Part shown: one piece after another, positions 26,401-39,274 of the stretch | Layout: every line of letters starts with the position of its first letter | How positions within the stretch are numbered: position 1 is the stretch's first letter | Source: Camelus ferus | Lineage: Eukaryota | NCBI RefSeq assembly: GCF_009834535.1 | Contig: NC_045696.1 | Coordinates: 108,874,001-108,938,000, forward strand | Reading direction: 5' to 3' | Length of the DNA stretch: 64,000 nucleotides | Position numbers and translations under genes: made by a program | The notes under the pieces: model-generated | Told to the model about the DNA's origin: nothing | What the model saw: only the letters and a program-made list of their open reading frames with translations | Database searches by the model: none

Positions 26401-27916
26401 CTCCCCAGTAAGGCAAACCCGAGCATCCTTTCTGCGGGATGTTGTCCGCGCTCCCCAATGCTCCAGTCCCTGCACGTTGCCAAAAGCACCCCGCCCCGCA
26501 CAAAGACCAGCAGCCAGAAAGGGCAGTGGTAGGCGGAGGGCAGACAAAAAGCCACCTTCAGAAAAGCAAGAGCGAGCTTTCCAAGCATTCATCGCCGCAC
26601 CCCCGCGCCGCCACCAGAACGAACGCGGGATATGGTGGTCTTCCCTACGAGGCTGGGTAATCTTAGACCCGCCTTAGAGCCAAAAAGCCCCTGCTTCGCT
26701 TCCAGAAGGGCAGTACTTTCCGGAGGGGTTGGGGCGCCGAACCCGGGGCTTGAGGGACGGGGAGGGGTTCCACTGGGCCACGGTAGCAGCTGGGCAAGGA
26801 CCAGGGCAGTTCAGCGGAGCGAGCTCCCCGTCCTCGGAGTCCCTCAGTGGAGTTTCACCCGCGCCGGACACCGAGGCTGCGAGCTGGGCTGCGGCGCGCA
26901 TCTCCCCGCACAGTTGCTTCCATCCCGGCATTAAACTCCTCTCTAGGCCGAGAAGCGCTTTGGGAAGGGGCTGCGGCCGCCGCTCCGCGGCGAGAAATGG
27001 GGCGGGGGAAAGGGCGGGAGGCGGGAGCTGGGCAGGGATTTCCCACAGGGATTCGCGGGCGCAGCCCAGCGCAGGGCTCCCTGCTGCGCCAGGCGCGGTG
27101 CCCGCGGAGCGCGATTTCCCGGCCACAGCGGAGGGAGGCACAGCCAAGGCTGAAGTAGCAGGGAGAGCGTCGCTATGCGTCGGCTCCCTTGCCGGGACGA
27201 AGGAGATACTGGGGGAGTTTCGGCAGGACCGAACACCCACCCCACCCCGCCCCGTTTTCAGGCTCAGGAAGTGACAAAGGTGTCCACCTCACCCCGAATG
27301 ACCCCGAAAAGATGCAGCCCGCAGGCTCCCCGACCACCAGGCTGTCCCCCGAGGGTTCAGCCAATGAACTCAGCTCCTCTCCTTCGGCGGCCACTTGGGG
27401 GTACCGGGCCAGTGCTTGCTTCATCGGTCCCCGCGCGCAACGCCAGCCCGCCGAGCCCAGAGTCCTACAGTCCGCGGACCGCAAGCAGAGGAAAAGGAGA
27501 GGGCGCACGGCAGCCTAAGCGCATCTGTGGCCGGGATAGGAAGGGAGTAGACAGGCGCCCGCACTCCAGGGGCCGGACCGCCCGAGGCGTCCATACTTCC
27601 CCAACGCTCAGCTCCGCCGGAGCTAAGGAGCCTGCACCGCAATGCAGCGGGCTCCGCGCTCTCCAAGCCGAAGCTGCGGGAGACCGGGGCTGCCAGGGAG
27701 CGCCAGGGCGCGGGAGCCAGAGGGCTCCGCGAACCAGCTGCGGGCGCCGTAAGCCAGCCGGGGGCGCGCCTGTGGGTGCCGCCCCAGCCCCGCGCTCGGC
27801 CGCGGCCAACGCTCCCCAACCGCCTGGCTCTAGGGTCGCGGGATGCGGGCGACATGTAGCCGCCAGAGAAGCCCGGGTGATACAGCCGCCAACTTGCTCC
27901 GCGGAGGGTACGTTAC

Positions 27917-27974
27917 CTTCCATCGCGGCCACTGCGGTTGCCAGGAGGAGCAGCAGCAGGCAATCCAGGGCCAT
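27917..27974 (-). CDS. EPHB1: EPHB1 coding exon 1 (signal peptide of ephrin type-B receptor 1), 58 nt, phase-1 intron follows
   Basis: Translates to MALDCLLLLLLATAVAAME, matching the recalled EphB1 N-terminus (MALDY/CLLL.LLASAVAAME). Strong Kozak context GGCG-ATG-G. Followed directly by donor AAG|GTAACG. Confidence 0.97.
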
Positions 27975-28345
27975 CGCCGGCCGGCGGCTCCCAGGCCGAG
28001 CCCGAGCCGAGGCGGCCGCGCGGGGAGGGCGCCGCGTCCTGGGGCGCCGCTGCGCTCCCCGCCGGTGGCTTCTCCGTATCCTTTCGCGCTCTGGCTGGGA
28101 CCGGACTCCCCGGAGCGCGGCGTGGGCGTGGGCGGGAGTGTGCGCGCGTGGGGCGGTGCGGGCGCGCGTGGGTGTGGGTGTGCATGTGTGTGTGTGTGTT
28201 TATGGGAGAGGTGGGTGTGTGCGTGCGGGTGTGTGAGAGGGCGAGGGAGTGCGAGCCGGGGAGAGCGCGCGAGTGCGTGTGCGTCCTAGTGTCACATTGC
28301 GAGCTACAGCCGAGCCTACGAGAGGACGGAGCCGGCCAGACTGAC
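27975..28345 (-). other. EPHB1: EPHB1 5' UTR (exon 1 non-coding part); TSS approximate
   Basis: GC-rich leader with a (CA)n-like tract directly upstream of the ATG. Inr-like TCAGTCT on the minus strand at 28338-28344. Resembles the human EPHB1 leader as recalled. Confidence 0.75.
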
Positions 28346-28403
28346 GAGGGAGGGAGCGGGATCCCCCACCATCAGCTCTCTCCCCACCCCTAACACCTCC
28401 TGT

Positions 28404-28443
28404 CCAATCAAGGAATCAAACCTGCAAAATTCCCCCGTCCAAT
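28404..28443 (-). promoter_or_regulatory. Tandem CCAAT boxes (NF-Y type) about 60 and 95 nt upstream of the putative TSS
   Basis: GTCCAATCA occurs twice (CCAAT at 28404-28408 and 28439-28443), 35 bp apart. Confidence 0.6.
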
Positions 28444-29699
28444 CAGGCGCGAGCACCTCCTTACACTGGCATTGTTAGTTTAAGAAAAACTTTTGCTTGC
28501 AAGGCTGTGCGGGAGGGCTCGGAAGGCGCTAGGAGGGGTCCGGGCTCCCTCTGGTGGTGCTCCTGGAGAACTGCACCGGCTGGCCCCAGCTCTCCAAGCC
28601 CGGACTTAGGGGGCCTAGCGAAGGAGCAGGCTGAGGACTTCCCCTTATAGCCCACCAGGACTGGTGAGCTTTAAAATAATCAAACTTGTCTTTCATCTTC
28701 TCAGCGAGACTTACCCTGACCACCCTATTTAATGCAATCTGCATGGCACAGCCCCCATAGCACTTCACCTAACAGGGTATGGTTTTTACTAATCAGTTTT
28801 ATTGTGGGTCTCCTCTTACTAGAATAGGGGTATTCATTCTTGGGGTTCGTGTGTGGTTTGTTCAGTATGGAATGGCCAGTGCCTAGAACAGCGCCGGGCC
28901 CATCAAAGTTGATAGCATGTATCTGATGACCGAATGAATGAGGTTCAGAGAATCTGGGGGCTACAGCCCCAGTGTGTGCAGGGCACTGGATGTGCTTCCT
29001 GGCCAACTCCCTGCTGCTCTTGTCCCCCAGAGGTCTCCAAACATGCTCTGTGAACATCCACAGAGGGCCCTGAACCAGAAGATGAGTCAGGTGGGGGGAC
29101 CAGTGGTCACACAGTCCCCTATGGGGTCAGAATATAATAGGGCAGCAGAGGGTTCTGGAAGGTAGGTGCAGAGGAAGGCACCATGACTGTGAGTGAGGGG
29201 TTGGAAGGACTTGCAGAGGCAGCAACAAGGGGACAGGGCATTGGAGGTAGGAGCGATTCTCCCTGGGTCAGCCCCCCAGCTCTGCTGTCTTTGCCTGTCT
29301 CTCGGGGTAGCCAGAGGGTTCAAGCTCAAGGTCCTGCCTTGAGGCTGCAATGCTGTGTTGATGAAATGTCCTCACCCCATCACCCCCACCCTAGACCTGA
29401 TGATGGTCTGGTCCTACAGGGTCAGAGAGGACTTGTTAGATCACCTCCTTAGCCTCTGCCCCACCATGCCTCTCCCAGAGTTGTCAGTGAGTTAACAGTG
29501 GGCAAATATGACAGCCCCTCCCAGGTGCTCCGTCCTCCTCTTCCTGCCTCAGTTTCCCACCCTGAATGTTTAGTCTCCGCTTTGCTGGGACTGCTCCCCC
29601 CCAGTCACAGCCAGACTCCTCTCCATAGGCTGATACTGTTTTGCTTCCCCCCCCCCACTCTGACTCAGCTGCCTCCCTCTACCCTACCCTCCACCTAAC

Positions 29700-30690
29700 C
29701 CTGCCTCAGCTTCTACCATCACTCCCGCACCCTCCTCCTTACCAGCACGCCAGCTGCCCTCTGCCCCGCCACATACCCTCAAGTGTGTCCTAACATCACT
29801 GGAGCCGTCCGTCACCCCAGGAACAACCCTCTCCCAGTTACCTAGCATCCTCCTAAACCTGCAACAGCCCCTGACATCAGGGACCAGTCCTCCTGGAGCT
29901 CTTGCCTCAGTTTCCACGGTCCTCGCTCCCCTGACTGTCTTATCACTTCTTAGTATTTCATTTTCAGCTCTCAAAGAGTTTCCCCCCACTAGACACTGTC
30001 CTTGGAACCACTGCTCGCTGGGTCTGTAGACAGTTCCTGGGCGGCTTCACCTGCTCTTCTGCCTCCAGCCTTCCGCCCACAGAGGAACAGATGGATGGGT
30101 CTCAGACTCCTTTCTGCCCTCTGCTGCATTCCAGGCTTCTGAGAGGCCCATCAGGCCAAGTCTCCTTGCCACATTTTCCTCCCAATGCCCTTGTCCCAAG
30201 CCGGTGAGCCCGTCCCCATGCCAGCCCGCTGCCTTCCCCTGGGCAACTGGAGAGTGTCCGAATGGTCGCCCAGTTCCATCCCCTCTTCCTCTGCAATCTT
30301 CCTGCAGCCAAATAAACCCTTCTCAAGCCAAGCTTGATCTTACCTCTTCCCAGTACAGAAACTGAATGGCTCACTGTCTAAGAAAACCAATCGCTTTGGC
30401 GTGGCATCCCAGATTCCTCTACAAGCTCTCGGGAACCTTCCTTCTCAGCCTGGACCTCGCCAGCCTCCCTCTGCACTGGGCCGCTCAGCCAGCTTGATCC
30501 CCTCGCCACCCGCACACCCTGCCCAGGCTCTGCTTTCTTGGCACCTGGCTAGCCACTCAGTCACTCACTTATCCAACAGATAATTGTTGGGTACCTGCCA
30601 GGAGCCAGACAGGCTCTGCTCTAGGCAGTGGGGACACAGACACAGGCCCTGCTCTGAGGGAGCTTCCGGTGCAGTGGAGAATGATGACCA
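29700..30690. mobile_element. L2 LINE fragments
   Basis: Degenerate pyrimidine-rich L2-like sequence; L2 3' end CACTCACTTATCCAACAGATAATTGTTGGGTACCTGCCAGGAGCCAGAC at about 30562. Confidence 0.5.
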
Positions 30691-30719
30691 TAAAGAGGCA
30701 ATAGTATGTCTGATGATGA

Positions 30720-31231
30720 TGTTACCGAGTCCAAATTCATTCTGCTCACCGCATGACAGGCCAATAAATAGGGAGACGAGTTGTTGGGGCAAGGAATAGC
30801 GACTTTATTCTGAAAGCCGGCAGATGGAGAAGATGGCAGAGTAATGTCTTGGAGAACCATCTTAACTCAAGTCAGAATTCAGGTTCCTTTTATACTAAAA
30901 AGGGGAGGTGGTGTGGTTGGTTGTTGAAAACTTCTTGGTGTAGGAATTTTTAGTTCTTGCAGCTGTCCACGTGGGTCAGGTCATGGTCCCCCTGTAAAAC
31001 CTTAAAGAAAACAAATGTTATCTTCTATTCTGTAACTTGTTATCTTTATATAAGTGCAAAAGTGTTAATATCCTTAAAGGTCATAGCCTTGAGAATGGGC
31101 TGTCCTGTATATTTCAGGCTGAAGGCAATATTTTTTACAACAGGTGCAGAGCTAGCCTAGAAAACAGGGTACAGGGTTAAAGCCAAAGAAACAGATCTAA
31201 TACGGAGTCAGATTTGTTCTTTTGTGTTACA
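30720..31231 (-). mobile_element. ERV1-type solo LTR (512 bp, MER41-like by recollection)
   Basis: TG...CA termini (TGTTAC...GTTACA); 4-bp flanks ATGA/GTGA (one mismatch). Minus-strand TATAAAA at 30888-30894 and AATAAA at 30804-30809 in U3-R order. Confidence 0.8.
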
Positions 31232-31794
31232 GTGAGGACTGCAGAATAAGCAATGTAACAGCCAAAGGGTGACAGTGGGTAGCTAGACACGAGGAGAATG
31301 ACTTCTGTTTATTGAGCACCTGCTACGTACAAGCACTATACCAGATGTTTATATGCAAACTGAAATGAAATGAATTGAATTTTCTGCCCTCGACTTCTAC
31401 TTAAAGCCCACCTCTCCCAGGAAGCCTTGGTGTCCCGTGGCTGGTCCCTTCACCCACAGTTTCATGCTGTATCTCTTTGTGTGAGTACAGAGTGGCTCTC
31501 CCAGACCTAGCTGAAGACAGAACTGACCTTTATCCAACGGCAAACCTCACTCCTGAGACACCACAAGTACGGGGTTCCCAAGAAGAACTCAGGCCAGGGT
31601 CTCTGAACTGGGCCAGGGAAATGAGACAGGGATCGCTAACTTCGTATCTTTCAGCCCCAAAGCTCACCCTGAGGGTTCCAAGTCAACAGGGATGAAGTAG
31701 GGTCAAAATGTGATTTTATAGTCCCTACCCTAATCAAATCTGCTGCACAGTGAGGCTTGGGAGTCACTGTCTAGGCGTTTAAAACTGCACTGAT

Positions 31795-31868
31795 GACTGG
31801 GACATTGTGCTGAACACCAAAAACTGATACATTGTGACTGACTATACTTCAATTAAAAAAAAAAAAAA
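31795..31868 (+). mobile_element. Very short L1 3' tail with polyA
   Basis: ACATTGTGACTGACTATACTTCAATTAAAAAAAAAAAAAA resembles the L1 terminus at about 9650-9675. No clear TSD. Confidence 0.6.
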
Positions 31869-34800
31869 CAACTATGTTCTGAGGTCTCAGGGGACGGCCG
31901 GGTGAGGAGGTACAGGAGCAGTCAGGAGCCGGGGCTTCAGGTCCCACCTCTCTTCTGGCAGCTTTTTGTCTTGCTGGGCATCTATAGCCAGTTTTGTTTG
32001 AAGGAAGGGTTCTGTGGCAAGAAGAGAAGGAGGTAGGGGACGAGTAAGTGGGTGAGAGGAGAGGGTTGGATTGGGGTGGAGATGGGGCACATCAGTTCGC
32101 AAGGGTACGAGGAAACAGCACTGAGGACTTTTAGAACCTGCCGATGACTTGGGCAAGAATAGCATTGGTTAAGGGCTTTTGTTAATTTCCCTAGTAACCC
32201 AGGGGATTGACTTTTCCTGAGCAAGTTAAATATTAATTTAGCTGTGCAGCAGATTGATCTTTCTCTTGCAACGAGTTATGCTCTGTAAATATCCCTGAAA
32301 GCACCATTGGCTTGGGATTCCAAGCCTGGGTGCCCATTTCCCCGGTAGCATCTCCTTGGCTGTTTTTTCTCTCTCTGATGTCAAATCCTTGCTTGTTTTC
32401 TTGACTAATCACCCCGCTATTTGATATCACTAAATCACTCCTTGAAAGTGACAGATGTTTGCCTCCAAGCCAGTAGCTGAGGGCTCTCAGGCACCCAACG
32501 GCCAGGGCCTAGAGGCCCTTCTGGCTGGAAGGTTTGGGGGCAGCCAACCAGGTCACCCTCATCTCTAAAGAGTTTTGTGGCTAAAAGGTTGAAAAGCATT
32601 TCTAGTGAAAGCAATCACCCAACGTCCCTTCGACACATTATGAAGCTACCCTGCTGGACGCTTCCTGCTCAGCTCTAACCTGCATCCCTTTTGTTGTAGT
32701 TTAAGCCTGTTTTCTTCATTCTTCTTAGTAGTGGGAGCTTAGACAAATAGGTACCACCTTGAGGATGGTCATATGTATGTCTTTACATGAGATACTCAGT
32801 TGCTCCCTTATCGCACCTCTTTCTTTATAAGCATTACTTAACTGCATACATGAAAGGTTTAGTTATGATTCCATGATCCAAGCTACCTTTCATTAGATTC
32901 TTAAGCTGCAAGACACATTTTCATCAATTCTTTTTGAAAAGGGAGGTGGATCATTTATGAGCTCTTTAAAACATTTTAACAATGGATAATAGACAAATAA
33001 CAAACCTTCCTCTCCTTTTTTGTTCTTTCAATGTTTATTGAGCAGAAATTCTGTGTTAGTTGACTGCAGGGTGCTGGGGACCCAGTGATGTCTGTGACCC
33101 AAACCCTCCCTTCAAGGCTCTCAGGGTCCCCCTAGGAAGACAGACATTGAAATGCATTGTAGGAATTTCTGTAAAAAATGGGCTCTGGCTAGACTCTTCC
33201 AACAAAGACTCTTCCTATTTTCAGGAAAACACCCTAGCAAATACAGACAAATATGAAGACTCAGAGTAACAAGGTGAATGAACACTGACAGACAACCTAA
33301 TTGCCAGGATGTGGAAGGAGCTGACAATACTTATAAGGCAGATGAAGCTGGATGGAGAGAAACCTATCAAGCACACATATGACATCTGCCAAGTTCTCTT
33401 TCACAAAGGGAACTCACTTTAAAGAAATAGATAGGAAGATATGTGATAATTCCCACTCTGTCAATTCCTGACTCAGACACCCAGGAGCTCTACTCACCAG
33501 AGAATGGAGTGAATATCCATCACCATTATTGCTTCAGGTCCAAACCAATTGAAGAGCAGTCTCCCCTGGTCATCCTCCTTCCTTCCCCAAGGTCTCCTCA
33601 TACCCAGGAAGAGCCTGAAAATGAGCATGACACCTGGGCAGACTGGGCTGCTGGTGGAGACACAGTACCTCCTGGAGGGGAGGAACAATCAAGGCGCGGG
33701 AGCAGACACGGTAACAATTGAGGGAGCAGTGCAGCCTGCTGAGTGTAGTTTTTCCTGTGACACATCAGGTCAGAGCACCAGAGAATCCAGAGGGTAGTTG
33801 GAGAATGATGCCACCTCAGTGGAGCAGAGGCACTAGATGAACCCCGTTGGCAACTGGCAATTGAATATTGGCTGGTCCTCCAGCTGTAGGTTTGAAAAGA
33901 TGATTCAACCATCAATCAAGCAGTGACATGGGGGGGGGGGAAGTCCCCAGCCAATCCAGTCCTCCTGCCTAGCATAAAACAGGATGATGAGTCCCTCCCT
34001 TCTCAAGGGGCAAGGAGATTCCAGGGGCATGTTAGAAACACTGCGAGACAAAGAGCAGGGACAGCACCACCAAGACCCAGAGGGAGAGCATCCCTTTAAA
34101 AGTGATGCTCTGCTCCGTCAAGAGGCATTTTCAGGAAGCTTGTTGGTATGCATAAAGACAAACTCCGTGACAAAGGAAGAAGCTGATAAGAAAACAGGCT
34201 AAACAGAAAAAGCAACAGAATGAGAGAAGAGAGGAGAAAGAGAGAAGTGTCTTAAGGAAACAAAAATGCAGGGTCAGATTTTAAACTTTACACTGGTGTG
34301 GCAGGAAACAGCAGATCTGTTGCTGCTGAGCATTGAATGGGTGGTGTGGAATGCAAGCTGGAGAATCTTTCCAAAAATATATGCAAACTGGACAGAAAAG
34401 GGAAAACATTGAGAGACACCACAAAGCACATGGAAGACAGAAGATGGAAGACCAACATATGTAAAATTGAGCTCTCATGTTTGCAAGAGGCTGGGGACTT
34501 GTTAGAGTCCCTAGAAGCATCCCTGAAAGAGTTTAGAGTTCCTAAAAGAGCCAGCAGTACAAATGCTGTGAAAGTAATGGCAAAGCTATTTAAAAAAAAA
34601 AAAAAAAAAAACTCTTCTTGGCTAAATAAAGATCTTAAAGTCACATCTAGGTAATGTTTTTGAATTGTATGGATGTTTTGAAGAAACCTTACCATCTCTC
34701 CAAGGACATACACAAATGGACACATAGAAAAATAGATTACCTACAGTTGGAAAAAATATAAAAAATATCATTAGTTTCATAACGCTAGATTCCAAAAGAA

Positions 34801-37698
34801 AATGGAGCCAGAGCTGTAGACTTTGATGAGGGAAGATTTGTGACACACAGAAAAGATATTTCCGGTAGTCGGAGAGCAAGAGACGTTTTCAGTTACATTT
34901 TCAAATCTCAGTAAGTTTGCAACAGTTTAGAAAAAAAGTTACTTGAAAATATATTCCAAATGACAGAGATGAGGTTTGGTGGCAAGCTTAAAATCAATTA
35001 AAATAGAAGTCTAAATATTTGCAAACTGCTTTTGAATTTAATTCAAATGTCAAAAGTAGTCTCAATAAGGAATGTATGTTGTTAAATTGTTACAAAAACC
35101 AAGATCTAATAGCTCAAATTACATTAAGACCAAAGAGAAGGGGAATGTTAGGTGGCAGGTCAAGTCTATATGAAATTCTTTGTTCACATAGGAGTGATTC
35201 AGAAGCTTTTTTTTTTTTAATGCTTATATCTTACAAATACTGAAATTGGTTTAAAATAGTGTAAATTGTTTAAACACAGTTTTAAATAGTTAAAGATTTT
35301 CACAAATATTACTTAAGGAAGTATATATATATACATTTGAAAACACTGGAGAAGGTCAAAATAAAATATAATGCCTATTTTTTAAAAAAAGGAATTGAAA
35401 AATTATTAAACAAACAGAAGGTAAGTTATTGTTGAAACAATAAACATTTATAAGAAATGACAGATCACTTCCAATAACAAATATAAATGAACTGAATATT
35501 GATGTAAACGTCTCTTTGACTAAAAAATAATTTTGTTACATACCATACCTAAAACAAAGGGGAAAATAAACAGTAAAAGAATAACTTTCATTCATGGTAA
35601 TATTATAGGTTAACCCACAAAACTCTTGCTAAACACATCTAGAAAAAGTCAATAATGTGTAAAATATCTTCTTTTCAATAAATTGCAGAGTTCGTAAGAT
35701 GTATCCCCAAAAGCCGAGAAACAAAGTACTAAAATCCAGAATGATAAACGTGGTCGCTTAAACTGCAGGTGGGTAGGGATTAGGCCCTGGTAGGGATATC
35801 TACTGGCTTGAATTTTAATGTGTATCAGTGGAATATAAGGCTTTGAATAAAGCAATCATGCTTTAAAATGTTAAGGGTAACCACTTCCCAGATAAGCAGC
35901 GGGGGGAAAGGGGAAGAAGGAAACTTAATTAGTACAATGGAAAGGAGGAAAGGAGGGAAAAAAAGCACAGCATACAGAAAGCATAAAATAAGATGAAGGA
36001 AACAGATCCAAGTACACCAGCAACCGCAATAAATGCACCTGCCATATAATACATATAAATGAAAGAAACCGATTTAAAAAGACAAACATCAGATTGGTTA
36101 AGAAGAACATCCATTTATATACTGTCGGAAGAAAGACACTTAAAAAAATAAGGATTTGGAAATGTTCAAAGTAAATGAATAAGAAAAAAATACCAGGAAA
36201 ACATTAATTTAAAAAATCTATTATAGCTAGATTAACTCCAAAAAAAGGAGAAAGCATTATTGGTAATAAATGAAGCATTACGCAATAATAAGGTGAATTC
36301 TTTTGGAAGACGTGGATCTTGAATTTCTGTGCACCTAAGGCATGGCCTCAAATTATATAAAGAAATAAAGGCAGAATTTCAAAAAGGAAATTGACAAATC
36401 TATCATTAGAGAGAGAGATTTTAACTTTCCTCATTTGGTTATTTATAGATCAAGCAGATGAAAATTGAAAATAGAAGATTGAAACAACATAAATAGACGT
36501 ATACAAGCCCTATCCAATCACTAGTGATTATCCATTATTCTCAAGTACAAGGAGAAAAATTGCAAACAATTGCCTACTTACCAGGCCACAAAGTAAGTCT
36601 CAGCAAAGGTCAAACAATTTGTCATGCAAATCACATGATCTGACTTTAAATCACATTATCTGACCTCAAAGCAATTCAATTAGAAACCAGTAACAAAAGA
36701 AAATTTGAAACACACTTTAACAATCTTTAAATAAGAAATCTTAATGGGAAATGAAAAATATTTCAAATTGAATAATTAAAACTCAACCTCTCAGGATTTT
36801 GGCATGCAGTTAAAGTGACACTTACAGGCAATTTTATATTTTATATCAGAATATTAGAAAGTATATAAGAATAGAAGAAAGTTGCCAGGTTAAACAACTC
36901 ACTCATGGGGCTAAAAAACGAAGCAATAAAAGTGAGACTCACTCAAGGGAAAGAAACACAATATAAAGATAAGTACACAAAAATACAAGAGTGGAAAATA
37001 TAGAAATTATCAACAACACCCCACATCTCAAAGCTCCCTATCTGATGAGAAGGAACTAATAAAATAGAAGAAGTTTCCGACAAGACTGAGCTGGTTTGCA
37101 AGGAATGTAAAATGAGACACAGCATTAGAGATGAAAAGGGGGACATGCATATAGAATAAAACTTTGAAACTTTAAAGAATACTATAAACCACTTAAATGA
37201 AATAGACATTTTTCTTTAAAAGAAATATATACAACCTAATTCACAAAAAATTAGAATATTTGAATAGCCCCACTACCATGAAATAATTTGAATCAATAAA
37301 AATCTACCCACCAAAAAGAAAACATTAAGTCCAGATGGTTTTTGCCAATGAGTTCTACTCCAAACATTAAAGGATGTATTTCCCAAGTAATGTTAAGAAG
37401 CTAATTTACCCTTGACCTCACAACCAGAGAGGAAATATACAAGAAAATAAAGGACCGAATAAATACACGAATATATAATAAAATATTATCAAACTGGACT
37501 CAGCTGTGTACTGTGTATTTTCTCTTTTTCAAGGGGACCAATTTGGGCTTGTCCTAGGATTACAAGAATGGTTGAATTTTAAAGAAATCTATTCACTTCA
37601 TTATCTAAAGGACAAAATGTATAGAATCTTCTCAAGAGACACATAAAACATTTGATAAAAATTCAGAACTTTTTCAAAATTTAAAATATATTTAAGCA

Positions 37699-37870
37699 GG
37701 GGAGGGTATAGCTCAGTTGGTAGAGTGCATGTGCAGCATGCGTGAGGTCCTGGATTCAGTCCTCAGTACCTTCATTTAAAAATAAATAAATAAACAAACA
37801 AACAAACCTAATTACTTTCCCCCAAGAGGAATTTAAAAAAAAAAAATAACAATTATTAAATAAATAAATG
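37699..37870 (+). mobile_element. tRNA-derived SINE, camelid vic-1-like
   Basis: GGGGAGGGTATAGCTCAGTTGGTAGAG head; A box at 37709-37720, B-box-like GGATTCAGTCC at 37752-37762; A-rich tail. Imperfect flanking repeat AAATATATTTAA/AAATGTATTTAA. Confidence 0.85.
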
Positions 37871-38277
37871 AAATGTATTTAATAGGAGGAACAGAAAAGA
37901 AGTTTCCTATCTTGAGATATGGTACATACTAAAAACCCAGAGCAAATAATACATCAAATGGTCAAACATTAGAAGCATTCCCCTTTAAGTTGGGGAAAAG
38001 AAAAGGATGCTTGCTCTCTTTGTTTCTATTAAACATTTTACTGCAGGTCCTAGCCAGCACTCTAAGATGTGAAAAAGAAATGAAAACTATAAAGAAAGGA
38101 AATGAAGAAAGAAAACCATATTGAATCATAAATAGTAAGATTATCTATCTAGAAAACCCAAGAGACTACAGACAAACCATTAGACTGAACATGAGGAATG
38201 AGAAAGTTTGCTGGTTACAAAGTCAATATATAAAAATCTACTGCTTTCCTAAACATCATCAAAAAATAGTAATTTTC

Positions 38278-38435
38278 TTTTTTTTAACATTTTTTATTGA
38301 TTTATAATCATTTTACAATGTTGTGTCAAATTCCAGTGTTCAGCACAATTTTTCAGTCATTCAAGGACATATACACACTCATTGTCACATTTTTTTCTCT
38401 GTGAGTTATCATAACATTTTTGTGTATATTTCCCT
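38278..38435 (-). mobile_element. Severely 5'-truncated young L1 (3' terminal ~160 nt)
   Basis: Near-identical to 56048-56205 of the full-length L1. TSD GTAATTTTC at 38269-38277 and 38436-38444, followed by AA. Confidence 0.93.
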
Positions 38436-39274
38436 GTAATTTTCAATAATATAGCATTGAGTTATAGCAATGAAAACAAAAGTATATTGGAACAAATCTA
38501 AAGAAAGCCTTAAAAGACCTGCATGGAAAAACTGCAAGACTTTATTAAAGAATACTTTAATAATGGGGAAGATACACCATGTTCATGGGCGAAAAAACTG
38601 GTGGCAATTCTCCCCAGTTTTAACTCTAAATTGAATACAAATACATGAAAAGTATCCAGAGTATTTTTGAAGGATTTGACAACAGTCCAAATTCAAAGGC
38701 AAAAGGCAGAAACAACCAAGACAATTTTGAAGGCAAACAGAATGCCGGGCCTTGCCTGACCACCTATCCATACTTATTATAAAGCTGTCTTACATAAAAC
38801 AACATGGAACTGATGTAGTGATTTGGGACGAATGCGTAGATGGAAAAACCCGTGGCAACGAAAGTATTAGGGAAGGGATAAAGAATACAGTAAATGTTGC
38901 TGAGACAATTTGGAAAAAAATAAAATTAGATTTTTTTATTCCACACCAAATATAATCAAATCCAGCGGGTTGAAAATAAGTATGAAAGGTGAAACTTTAA
39001 AAATGTTTTTGAAGAATATGTAGAATTGCTTAATGAAGTGAGCTCGGTGGAGGAAGGTGGCATAAACAAGACACAAAAAGCCCCAATTACAAAAGAAAAT
39101 AGATACATTTGACTACATAAAGCGAGAAGCTTTAGTGCAAAAAGACACCATAGACACAGTTAAGCCACATACTGGGAGAAAATGTTTGCAACTTATTTAA
39201 TCAAGAAAGTATTTGCATCTAGAATATATAAGGAACTTCTACAAACTAAAAAGAAACAGCGTAGAAGTGCCCAA

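Larger units (their letters stand above)
1..27916 (-). other. EPHB1: EPHB1 intron 1 (partial; exon 2 not in window)
   Basis: GT donor at 27916. I saw no sequence encoding the next EphB1 residues (ETLMDTRTATAELGW) in 1-27916. Confidence 0.85.
25900..28620. promoter_or_regulatory. CpG island / EPHB1 promoter region
   Basis: Dense CpG and very high GC content compared with the CpG-depleted flanks; covers exon 1 and extends into intron 1. Boundaries are approximate. Confidence 0.9.

Noticed and set aside
27465..27916. Continuation of the 169-aa ORF beyond MALDCLLLLLLATAVAAME
   Set aside because: EphB1 similarity ends exactly at the GT donor; the rest is read-through into GC-rich intron.
27175..28236. 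353-aa plus-strand ORF over the CpG island
   Set aside because: Low-complexity Arg/Ala/Gly/Pro content expected from stop-poor GC-rich DNA; no recognisable domain.
37699..37772. tRNA gene
   Set aside because: The tRNA-like head is followed by an A-rich SINE tail and has a degenerate B box; it is a SINE.
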